From: Mobula birostris
Taxonomy: Eukaryota
DNA length: 64,000 bases
NCBI RefSeq assembly: GCF_030028105.1
Contig: NC_092378.1
Coordinates: forward strand, 106,939,731-107,003,730
Direction: 5' to 3'
The notes beneath the pieces are model-generated. The model ran no database searches. It was given only the letters and a program-made list of their open reading frames with translations, and was not told the origin of the DNA. This document shows positions 12,847 to 24,105 of the stretch, piece by piece (the first letter of the stretch is position 1; each line of letters opens with the position of its first letter). The position numbers and the translations under genes are program-made.

Positions 12847-14132
12847 CAGTGCATTCCAGTTAATTGATCCATCAGTTAATCGGCGCAGCCGCTTATTTGG
12901 AACAACTCTTAAAGGACAAACACTAACCAAGAAATAACCAGCATTCCCTTCGTTTATTTGGGACGCTTAGTTGGGACAGGACGCTGTTGCTGAGCAGTTT
13001 CTAACTAGCATCAGTCACATGAACTCTATGGCTATTAGACACTACACTGTGCTTAGAGTCACTGATAGTTGGAGAGAAATAAGCAGCAAGACAATTATGA
13101 CTTATTTTGCTCACTGCAGTTTCAAGCGTTCAGGCTTGGAGATGTGAGAAATGGCTGGGAGTGAAAATGAAATGATTTTGCTACTTCAACAAGTTAGGAA
13201 CTACAAAGAATTTGAAGATATTGACAATAATCCTGAATTTTACAATGAAAATGAAGGTTTAGAGGATGCAATCATCAAAAGCATTATATGAAGGCAGTCC
13301 ATTATCTGTACTAGGCGTCCGTGCTAATTTTGCTCATTTACAGTCACTCAAAAGAACATGGCAGTGTGTTAAATGTCATATCTGATGATCACCATGAAAT
13401 CTGTGCGAAGAGTTTTTAATGCGGAAAAGCTGTTGTACTGGGACAGTTCCACTCTCTTGACCTTGGAAGTCCAGGTCCAGTGGTACAAGTAGTCATCACA
13501 AAATGGGGTCTTCTTTGGTTGCAGTGAATAACCATGACTTTGTCAGTGCCTTATCACGTCCTTCACTCTCCATGAAGCATTGCAAAAATGCCTGCTTGGA
13601 CATTGGATCTCATCTGCTCTGTCTGCTGGAGCTGACTTCACGCACTAGGACAGGAATGTCGCTCTTTCACTGGGGTGTGAAGCCCACTGGCTACCCTCAC
13701 CTGGTTTAGCCTGCCTGTTGAAGCAGTCTACTGGGGTGTGGCCACTGTCGCATGCAAACAGAAATTTGGAGCTACAGGTGAGAGTTAAGTGTCCGATGGG
13801 GACCAAAGGTGATTGAGTTGTCCCAGAGCGGACATGACAATTCCCTTCACCACAGGTAATGTTCCCCCGCCCCCAGACATTCCATACATGGCAGCAAACA
13901 CTGGATGAATTCCTCCATCGATAACAATGAGGAGCTAATGCATAATTTTATAGTTGTGTTCTAATTTGTTCTTCATTTCATTTAAATATATAATTTGTTA
14001 CTCAGTTAAACAGTAGTGTGTCTTTTTTATACCTTTTTAATATTTCCGTGAAATCCTGGCTAATTGGGACAGTCATTTAATTGGGTCAATACGTACTGGT
14101 CCTGAGGTGTGTCAATTAACTAGAATTCACCG
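12847..14132. mobile_element. Tigger/pogo-like non-autonomous DNA transposon with a nested retroelement-derived insert (~13375-13890)
   Basis: Imperfect TIRs: ta|cagtgcattccagttaattga ... tcaattaactagaattcaccg. Confidence 0.6.
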
Positions 14133-15443
14133 TCTACCGGAAAATGCAATTCTTCAACACACTTCTAACTTCAAACATTACCTGTCCCTTACATCCTAAC
14201 CCTTATTTTCTATTCTTCAACCTTTACACTTCACTTTCTACAGACCTTTTCTATCCCCACTTTCTATTCATTCCTTGCCTCCCCAAGGATGAGTAGAAAG
14301 TGATCCTTATGTGAACTACTTTAGTAAATGTGCATGGTTTTAAATGAAAACCAGAGGTCAGTAGTGGAACCCATATTATTGCCACAATATTTACAAATTG
14401 AACCAGTGTCCAAACTAAAAGTTCAAAAAGTGCATTAAGTCCTCTCATTTAAAAAATTGTTTGAAATCCCTTTGGAAGAATTTTGGCTTTAAGTGTTGGC
14501 TATTGGGATTTTGTGGACATAACTCCATAATGACCCCATTTGATTTGAATGATTACATATGATTTTAGTTTCTTTAATACAATGGGTATTAATTTTGAAA
14601 AGGGGCATTGAGTTTCTTCTCTAATGTACTCTTGCAAATATATTGAGTTATATTTGAAAATCCTTATTGAAAGTGCAGACTTACCATTGCCAGATTCCAA
14701 TGTATACAAAGAAGACCCTAAAACCAATTCCACTCAGGTGTAAGATTTACTTAACTTTGTATATCTTTTTTTAAAAAGAAATAATTGTATATCTACAAGC
14801 AATTGGCAATCAGGTGGAAATTAGCAGCAGTATTATTTTCAACCCCTAATTTCCCATGATCATATATACGAATTCTATTAGAATTCACACTGAAGAAACA
14901 ATTATTTAGAATATAACTTAAGTACTAATTAAAATATTGAAAAGATTCTAAAGCTGCCAGATAATTAGGATTGTGTACACTGCTCTAACAAAGCAATATC
15001 TTATTTTATTTGCATTCACAGTTAAATAAAATACACACAACTTCAGGAGAGACTTTTTAAATTAAAGGCCTTCTGATTTGGGACTATTATTATTTCTGCA
15101 TGTGAACAGCATTTTATTTTACAAATCAAAACAAGTTTTTAATTTGTAAGTTAAAATCCTTGTATTGGATTAATAGATGTTAGCAAGTTTGCTCCATGCA
15201 ATACATTGATGAACTGTATATTACAGCCCACTGCAATAAATGTTATGTTTTTCATGAGGGTGGGTGAAGATCCTCATTTATTGCTATCATTATAACTCTG
15301 CATTACTTTACCACATCATTATTTTACAATATGAAGAATATTGAAATGCACATTAAATATCAGGTCAAACTTCAGAGCTTTTGGTTAGCAAGAGATGAAA
15401 AAATTTGCAGTAAATAAACCTTCAATGATTTTACAATTTACCA

Positions 15444-15652
15444 TTAGCTGCTGTATCTCATTCTGTAAAAATATTCTTTAAGTTCATCATCACCAAAGTC
15501 ATCATGTCCTTTCTTTAGACGTCTAACCCTGCTCACACTGATGATGTCTTTCAGTTTTTGTTTGATTATCTTCAAAGGTCCTGGTTTGTTTCCCAAAGGC
15601 TGCCCCAACAACAGTACACTCCCTGCATGTCTGTTTGGTTCAAATAAGGCAG
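15444..15652 (-). CDS. FAM234A: FAM234A last coding exon
   Basis: TALFEPNRHAGSVLLLG...FYRMRYSS*; TAA at 15444-15446; followed by a long AT-rich 3' region. Confidence 0.92.
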
Positions 15653-15749
15653 CTGGAATAAAAAAATAGGGATATTAGTAATTTTTTTTTAAGAACATTA
15701 ATTTTTTTTCACTATCTGATAAAGAGTAAAAACAATAAATTACCACTAG

Positions 15750-16442
15750 CTATGTATTTTATGTTATCAATAGATTCTGGCATAGTTCCAGAGGACTGGA
15801 AAATCGGAAATGTAGGAAAAAGAAAGGAAACTATAGGCCAGTTAGTCTGACCTCAGTGGTTGAGAAGATGTTGGAGTTAATTGTTAAGGATGAGGTTTTG
15901 GAGTACTTGGAGGCACGTGATAAAGTAGGTCCAAGTCAGCATGGTTTCCTCAAGAGAAAATCGTGCCTGACAAATCTGTTGGAATTCTTTGAGGAAATAA
16001 CAAGCAAGATAGACATAGATGTTGTGCACTTGGATTTCAGAAGGCCTTTGGCAGGTGCTGCACATGAGGCTGCTTAGCAAGAAAATTGCCCATGGTATTA
16101 CAGGAAATATATTAGCATGAATAGAGTATTGGCTGATTGGCAGAAGGCAATGAGTGGGCATATAGGACAATTGCCAGTGACTAGTGGTGTTCTGCAGGAG
16201 TTGGTGTTGGGACTGCTTTTTATATTGTATACTAATGGTTTGGATGATGGAATTGATGGCTTTGTGGACAATATGATGCCAGGTGGAGGGACAGACAGTG
16301 TTCAGGAAGGACAGAGGCTGTTGAAGGACAGAGGCTGCAGAAGGACCAAAGACAGATTAGGAGAATAGGCAAAGAAGCGACAGATGGGTGTCAAGAAGTG
16401 TATGGTCAAATGGGTCAAAATTCTGCTCCTATGTCTTACGTA
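15750..16442 (+). mobile_element. CR1 LINE ORF2 relic
   Basis: NYRPVSLTSVV, QHGFLKRKSCLTNLLEFFEE, VHLDF, VTSGVLQ motifs with deletions. Confidence 0.8.
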
Positions 16443-16849
16443 ATCACTAAGTATTCTCCACGACTTCTCCCCTCATTTTCGTCTGTGGATGTTCATCAGG
16501 CTTTCAGGCTTAATTTTTCAATCTAAAGCAGTTGTTTCAATGTGACAACTATCAATAACATTTAAAAAAATCAATTAAAGGGGACCAGGGCCTTTCTAAC
16601 CCAACAAATTTGGCAGGAACAGGTTGACAAAAAAAATTACATATTAAAAAAAAATGGGGGGGGGGGCAGGGAACATTTATGTGCAGATTTCCCAAAGAAT
16701 GCTGTAGAATGTAATTGGAAATAGCAAATGGGTTTTCTTCTCTCTTGTCCAAGATGCTGCATATATTAGAAGTTTTAACCTTTTTGATTAATTGAGCCTG
16801 ATGCTATTTTGACTAAATTTATTAAGTGAATTACGTAAAAAAAAAAAAA

Positions 16850-18380
16850 GCAGCATCCATCAAAGATCCTCACCACCCATGCCATGCTCTTTTCTTGCTG
16901 CTGCCATCAGGCAGAAGGTGCAAGAGCCTCAGGACTCACACCACCAGGTTCAAGAACAGTTACTACTCCTCATCCATCAGGTTCTTGAACAAAGGAGGAT
17001 AGCCTCTCGCATTTAAGGACTCTGTTATATTGTATTTCATGCTTCTTATTTATTGCTATTTATTTATATCTGCATATGCACTGTTTGATTACAGTTAACA
17101 ATTCCTGATGGTTACAGCTTACAGTTATTGTTCTATAGCAACCTCTTTGTCCTGGAGAAGCCCTTCAAGTAATTTTCAGGTCTCAGGGAACCCCTGCGTA
17201 AAACTTATTATACCCACAGCTCACGGTACGTTAGCCTGATCAGTAAGTTGTAGATATAATAATCCAAAAATAATTGTCAATGCTCTTTTTGAGTAGTGAG
17301 TGAATTTTGAGCCAACCTTGCTTGAAAAAAAACCAGGTAGTTAAGCTTAGTTTACCTTTCTTGAAATTAATCTCTTTCTTTCCCTTTCATAAATTTTAAA
17401 AACTCATAAGGCAAACATAATAAATTTCTTTTAAATAACTGGTTTAAGCCAAAATGGGAGTTAGTTTTTCTAAAGATGGGCTCGGTAGATTTAATCTAAA
17501 TAAAGGTTGTAAATTGATTTTAATTAATGCTACTTACGACATGAAAATTTATTGACAATGTTGAATAGCAAAAGCTACTAAAAACCATAAACCAAAGGCA
17601 TATAAATAACTAAATGAGAAAACTGCAAAAAATATGAACAGTTCACAATACAATTCACTTCTAACCTACACAAACCACCTTTTGCAATGTTTACAACAAC
17701 AGCAAAGTGGCAAACCAGCAGCTGAGTTGCAGTGTATAAAAGTTCCTTCTTTATAATGAAAATTTCCCTCCAATTCTAAACTACAACCGGTAGAGTTTGT
17801 TTGCTCCCTAAGTCATTTGGCGGTGCGCAAGGGCAAGTTGGGAAAGGTTATTCGGGAGGGAGAGGCTGACGTCATAGCTTGAGTTGGGCAAGTCCATTCA
17901 ATGCTTGGAAAACACAACTTCACGCACCTCATCAGCCTACTGTCCTTCCTTCATGCATTACAACACTCACCAATTACCAGTCTATTGTCCCCCCTCCATG
18001 CAATACAGCACTCAACAATTACCAGTGGCCTCCCCTATCTCGCATTCAAAACTGAGAATGGACTTAACCAAACAAGCATGGTCCTACTGCGCACTGTCAT
18101 ACTGGGCTGAGAGACCGCTAACGAGATTGCTGCTCGGTCACTGCCCACCACCGCGAGCACTAGCACCACGTAACATGCAAAGTTCAAAAAACGCCGTTGT
18201 TTTTTTTTTAAACCATGATCTCTCGCAGAACCCCTAGCGACCTCTCATATCACCTCCGGTTGAGAAACACTCTTCTATAGATTTGCTAGGTATGCCTACA
18301 GAGAAAGAATCTCAGGGTTGTACGTAGTGACATGTATGTACTCTGATAATATATTCTACTTTGAACTTTTTTTTGAACTT
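16850..18380 (+). mobile_element. Rex1/Babar-type LINE 3' fragment split by a hAT insertion
   Basis: caccaccaggttcaagaacagttac 3' motif; resumes after 18280 and ends in a (ctttgaa)-type tail. Confidence 0.55.
17139..18272. mobile_element. hAT (Charlie-like) non-autonomous DNA transposon
   Basis: 8 bp TSD ttctatag at 17131-17138 and 18273-18280; right TIR ggttgagaaacact; left TIR eroded. Confidence 0.7.
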
Positions 18381-19676
18381 CGATTAGTAAGTTAATTGGT
18401 CATTGTAAATTGTCCCATGATTAGGTTAGGGTTAACTTGAGGGTTGCTGGGCAGTGCTGCTCAAAGGGACTATTCCACACTGTATCTCTAAATAAATAAA
18501 AGTATATATGGCCAAGAGATCGAACCTGCAGAAGTACATCAAGCATGGTCTTGCCAAGCTCTTGTATAACTGCGATAAGAAATCCTTTACTCTTGTATTT
18601 AAATCATCTTTTAAAGAAGGCCCACATGCCACTTGCCTTACTAATTCCAGCTGAACTTGCATGTTAGTTTTCGGTAGCTTGTGTAAAGCATATCCAGTTC
18701 CCTTTGAATATTAAAATTATCCCATCTCTCCATAGTGAAAATATTCAGCTTTGTGTTTATTCTACAGAAGTAGATAACATCACAGCCTTCCACTGCCTTC
18801 TCACCCGAACAAAAACCATGCAAGAGCCCATTCCTGAGCTTCTATATGTGGATGACTGATGACTGTGCTCCTCTCATGCACACAGAGGCTGCAGTCACTC
18901 AGTTTGCCAAGGCTGCAAGGGTTTTCAGGTTAACAGTCAGTCTGAAGGAAGCAATGATCCTCCATCAGAAGCCCCCCCCCCCCCATGGTGTTTACAACCC
19001 ACCTCGTATCACCACTGACGACCACCCTCTCACCACAGTTGAGCAGTTCACCTACCTGGGCGGTGTCATTTCCAACGATACTATGGCAGTAAGGGATATT
19101 GACAATCGACTCACCAGAGCCAGCAGTGCCTTCGGGCACCTCCAAAAATATGTGGGAAGAACCACCAGCTGCGGCTGTCCACAAAAATTCAGGTGTATGG
19201 GGCTGCCGTCGTCACAACACTGCTATACGGCTCCGAAGTCTGGGTTTTGTACCGTAAGCAAATCTATCTGCTCGAGCACTTCCAGCAACGCTGCCTCCAC
19301 TCCATCATGGGTATCAGCTGACAGGATTGTGTCTCCAATGACGAAGTCCTGGGGAAGGCTCAACATCCAAGCATTAAAGCCACTTTGCCACTCTAGCAGC
19401 TCTGCTGGCCAGGCGAAGTGCCTCACAAGGACAACTTCAGGTTACCAAAAGCAGTACTCTACGGAGAACTCTCAGGACAAGAGAGATCAAGGTGCCCCAT
19501 GCAAGAGGTACAAAGACCAACAGCAGCTCTCTCAGGCAAATATAGAGGTTAGCAAGTGGCAACAGCTGGCTTGTGACAGAGACCGCTGGAGTACGCTGAT
19601 CCATGGAGCAGTCAAGAATTCTGAAGAACCCAGAAGAGCGACTGCTGAAGAGAAGAGGAGATGCAGGAAGGATCCT

Positions 19677-21607
19677 ACTACGCTCATTTCTGCATACCTC
19701 GACACTGTTTTATCACCCCTTGTTCAATCCCTTCCGACCTATGTTCGTGACACTTCTCACGCTCTTAAACTTTTCGATGATTTTAAGTTCCCTGGCCCTC
19801 ACCGCTTTATTTTCACCATGGATGTCCAGTCCTTATATACTTCCATCCCCCATCAGGAAGGTCTCAAAGCTCTACGCTTCTTTTTGGATTCCAGACCTAA
19901 TCAGTTCCCCTCTACCACCACTCTGCTCCGTCTAGCGGAATTAGTCCTTACTCTTAATAATTTCTCCTTTGGCTCCTCCCACTTCCTCCAAACTAAAGGT
20001 GTAGCTATGGGCACCCGTATGGGTCCTAGCTATCCCTGCCTTTTTGTTGGGTTTGTGGAACAATCTATGTTCCGTGCCTATTCTGGTATCTGTCCCCCAC
20101 TCTTCCTTCGCTACATCGACGACTGCATTGGCGCTGCTTCCTGCACGCATGCAGAACTCGTTGACTTTATTAACTTTGCCTCCAACTTTCACCCTGCCCT
20201 CAAGTTTACCTGGTCCATTTCCGACACCTCCCTCCCCTTTCTAGATCTTTCTGTCTCTATCTCTGGAGACAGCTTATCCACTGATGTCTACTATAAGCCT
20301 ACTGACTCTCACAGCTATCTGGACTATTCCTCTTCTCACACTGTCTCTTGCAAAAACGCCACCCCCTTCTCGCAATTCCTCCGTCTCCGCTGCATCTGCT
20401 CTCAGGATGAGGCTTTTCATTCTAGGATGAGGGAGATGTCTTCCTTTTTTAAAGAAAGGGGCTTCCCTTCCTCCACTATCAACTCTGCTCTTAAACGCAT
20501 CTCCCCCATTTCACGTACATCTGCTCTCACTCCATCCTCCCGCCACCCCACTAGGAATAGGGTTCCCCTGGTCCTCACCTACCACCCCACCAGCCTCCGG
20601 GTCCAACATATTATTCTCCGTAACTTCCGCCACCTCCAACGGGATCCCACCACTAAGCACATCTTTCCCTCCCCCCCCCCCGCATTCCGCAGGGATCGCT
20701 CCCTACACAACTCCCTTGTCCATTCGTCCCCCCCATCCCTCCCCACTGATCTCCCTCCTGGCACTTATCCGTGTAAGCGGAACAAGTGCTACACATGCCC
20801 TTACGCTTCCTCCCTTACCACCATTCAGGGCCCCAAACAGTCCTTCCAGGTGAGGCAACACTTCACCTGTGAGTCGACTGGGGTGATATACTGCGTCTGG
20901 TGCTCCCAATGTGGCCTTTTATATATTGGCGAGACCCGACGCAGACTGGGGGACCGCTTTGCTGAACATCTACGCTCTGTCCGCCAGAGAAAGCAGGATC
21001 TCCCAGTGGCCACACATTTTAATTCCACATTCCATTCCCATTCTGACATGTCTATCCACGGCCTCCTCTACTGTAAAGATGAAGCCACACTCAGGTTGGA
21101 GGAACAACATCTTATATTCCGCTGGGTAGCCTCCAACCTGATGGCATGAACATCGACTTCTCTAACTTCCGCTAGGCCCCACCTCCCCCTCGTACCCCAT
21201 CTGTTTCTTATTTTTATGCACACATTCTTTCTCTCACTCTCCTTTTTCTCCCTCTGTCCCTCTGAATATACCTCTTTCCCATCCTCTGGGTCCCCCCCCT
21301 ACCTTGTCTTTCTTCCCGGACCTCCTGTCCCATGATCCTCTCGTATCCCCTTTTGCCAATCACCTGTCCAGCTCTTGGCTCCATCCCTCCCCCTCCTGTC
21401 TTCTCCTATCATTTTGGATCTCCCCCTCCCCCTCCCACTTTCAAATCCCTTACTCACTCTTCCTTCAGTTAGTCCTGACGAAGGGTCTCGGCCTGAAACG
21501 TCGACTGCACCTCTTCCTACAGATGCTGCCTGGCCTGCTGCGTTCACCAGCGACTTTGATGTGTGTTGCTTGAATTTCCAGCATCTGCAGAATTCCTGTT
21601 GTTTACG
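19677..21607 (+). mobile_element. Penelope-like retroelement (RT + GIY-YIG), 5'-truncated, young copy
   Basis: Open frame with FTMDVQSLYTSIP, KGVAMG, RYIDD and VIYCVWCSQCGLLYIGET; one frameshift near the C-terminus; complete 3' tail. Confidence 0.93.
21471..21506 (+). ncRNA. Minimal hammerhead ribozyme motif in Penelope 3' end
   Basis: AGTC-CTGACGA-A-GGGT(CTCG)GCCT-GAAA-C-GTC^GACT: stem I AGUC/GACU, stem II tetraloop hairpin, palindromic ACGU in place of stem III. Confidence 0.75.
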
Positions 21608-21769
21608 CAAATGCCTGCATCCGTGTCCCTACTGCTCCAGAGTCTGCGGATCCGGAATTCGCCTCTACAGTTACAACGATCATGCCGCCACTCCTGAGGA
21701 TTCTTCCTCCCTCCTGATCTTCGCAAGCGAAGAACTAGCCATCACCATCAGATAACATCAGTCTTCCAC

Positions 21770-22545
21770 TTTGTACGCTGTCTGTCATATTTTTGCCCAC
21801 TCACTCAGATTGTTTTAATCCCTTTGAAGCCTTTTTGCATTCTTGGCACTGCTCAAGATCCCACTTGGTTGCATCTCATCAACAAACTTTGCAATAATAT
21901 ATTTGGCCCAGTGATGTAGATTGCAAACATCTGGCTCCACACACTGATCTTGGTGGTACCCATAGCAAGGATCCATTTATTCTTACTTTGTCTATATAAC
22001 CGTAGTTCTGACATGTTCCAATCTTGTTTTACAGTCTCAAGAGCAGCATTGTCAAAAGCCTTCTGAAACTCTAAATAAATCACAAAGGGTACAGTTCAAG
22101 GTAAGAGGGAAAAGATTTAAAAGGGACCTCAGGGGCAACCTCTTTGTAGAGAGGGTGGTGCATAGATAGAACAAGCTGCTGGACAAAGTAATTGAAGCAG
22201 ATACTATAACGTTTAAAAGACATTTGGATAAGTATATAGATAGGAAAGGTTAAGAGGTATGTGGACCACATGTGTGCAAATGACTGAAATGCCATTAATC
22301 TACTCTAATAGATGCATCCTCAATAGACTAATAGATTTTCATTTCACAAATCCACATCAAGTCTGCTCAGATATTTTCTAAATGTCTTGAAATCAAATCC
22401 TTAGCAATAGACTCCACCACTTTTTCTACTACCAATGTCATGCTAATAGATCGGTAGTTCTCTGCTTTCTCCTTCCTTCCATTTTTAAAAGTGAGGTCAC
22501 ATTTACCACTCTTCAATCTGCAGGAGCCATTCCAGATTTATTCAT
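21770..22545. mobile_element. CR1 LINE fragments (both orientations)
   Basis: Minus strand IYLEFQKAFD; plus strand 3' ORF2 piece at 22080-22290. Confidence 0.65.
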
Positions 22546-22731
22546 GCTCTTAACAAATTTAACCTGTCAAATCAAAGTACATTTGCAGATAGACAAAGGT
22601 TAAATTACACAAATTACAGAAAAGCTGTATAGGATTACAAGCAATTCATCATTATTTTCTACAAGTTATCATATAAGATAAAATATAGTAACTTAAATTA
22701 ATTATTTATAACCGGCAATAGGAGGACTTAC

Positions 22732-22843
22732 TGGTGAATGCAATCACATTCTCAGTGCTATTTCTTAACTCCAGAATGACATTTGGGTGTGATGGATGAA
22801 CCATATAAAGGTTATAACTTTTCTCAGAGAAACCTTCCTGTAA
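22732..22843 (-). CDS. FAM234A: FAM234A coding exon 10
   Basis: LQEGFSEKSYNLYMVHPSHPNVILELRNSTENVIAFT; 112 nt. An in-frame alternative acceptor lies 6 nt downstream (exon start 22837). Confidence 0.88.
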
Positions 22844-23955
22844 CTGAGAAAATAAAAATTCACAAATTATTTTAGAAGAGGACCTATAGAAAGGTGTATG
22901 GGGATGAAGTTAGATGAGACGCTTTATTAGAGAAAAAAAATCCAAAGAATCAAATTTCTCTTGACCCTATAAGTATATAAAAAAATTAATGTTTTAAAGA
23001 GACTGGAAATAAAAAATGAATAAAATGTCAAATATATAAGAGGCAACATTCTTCAAAATAGAATGGATTCATAGTAGGAAAGAGATTGCTAGATACAAAG
23101 TATTCATTCATTAGCTTTAGACTTGGAAGTAGACTGATAGGGTTCTCACTTACACTGGGGAACCATCAATCCTGCATGTACCCCATCACATTGGTGCCAA
23201 AAGCATGATTAAATTGATGTCCACTGTTCTGACCCACACTAAATTATTTTGTATCTAAGCCAGCAGTCTATCACTTATTCAGCATGCAATTAAGATAGAT
23301 TAAGGCATCACAATTAATTCTATTCTCATCCTTACTTGATGCGCCCAGAAATCTAATTCTAAGAGACAGCACTGAATGAAGGATATCCAATCAGCCTTTT
23401 GACCAGAGGCACTGCAGTACAACTTTGTTGCCCATTTGCTAGAATCAAAAGATGCAATTTCACATACATCGTAAGTTTAGGGCTAATCACAGTAGTGTCT
23501 CTATAGTGTAAAATGATCATGGGTCACTGGTCAAGATATCTTATTATTGAGGATCAACACAGGAATAAACACAGCCCAAAATTACATATTTTTAAGAGTA
23601 ACCCCCAAGATTGATTTTGCTTTCACTTCTTTACTGGACCATTAGAAGGTATGGCACTTTCTATACATTCTTCAAGTAGTGTTTGTAATAAAGTAAAATA
23701 TTAGTAATGAATACATATGGCATAAGATCTATTTCTGACGGTATGAAAATGCATTACTGCACTATCAGAATATCAGAGCTGAACATCCTAGTTGCAACCT
23801 TTTATTTGTACAATTCTATTTAAAAAGGTTGAGTAAACAACAATCTGAGCAGTTAAATATGTAATTGTTTATGCTATTAACAATAGCTAAAACAATCTGC
23901 TTTAATTATTACAGTAATTGAACAGAGTAGTAAAGTATTTTCTTTTAATACTTAC

Positions 23956-24105
23956 AGAAACATTGTTTTGTGTTGGAAGTTCACCCCAGAAAAGAAAAAT
24001 TGACCGGGACATGGTGTTAATGGAAGATGGTTTTGGACAGTTCTCCCTGCATATTAATTCTTCCTCCCATAGTATTTTGCCACTTTTACCATCCACAATA
24101 GTAAC
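23956..24105 (-). CDS. FAM234A: FAM234A coding exon 9
   Basis: VTIVDGKSGKILWEEELIC...SRSIFLFWGELPTQNNVS; 150 nt. Confidence 0.9.

Larger units (their letters stand above)
18795..21749 (+). mobile_element. RTE-clade LINE, 5'-truncated, interrupted by a Penelope-like element
   Basis: VEQFTYLGGVISND...IDNRLTRASSAFG before the insert; CPYCSRVC knuckle and (CAT)-type tail after it. Imperfect ~21 bp TSD agataacatca..cttccact at 18772-18794 and 21750-21770. Confidence 0.8.

Noticed and set aside
17937-18026. Two ~45 bp tandem units
   Set aside because: Only two diverged copies inside the hAT element, with no spacers; not CRISPR-like or otherwise informative.
18846-21149. 767 aa ORF as a novel gene or fusion RT
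   Set aside because: The N-terminal part drifts in and out of the RTE frame and joins a 5'-truncated Penelope at ~19677. It is a by-product of nesting, antisense within a FAM234A intron.
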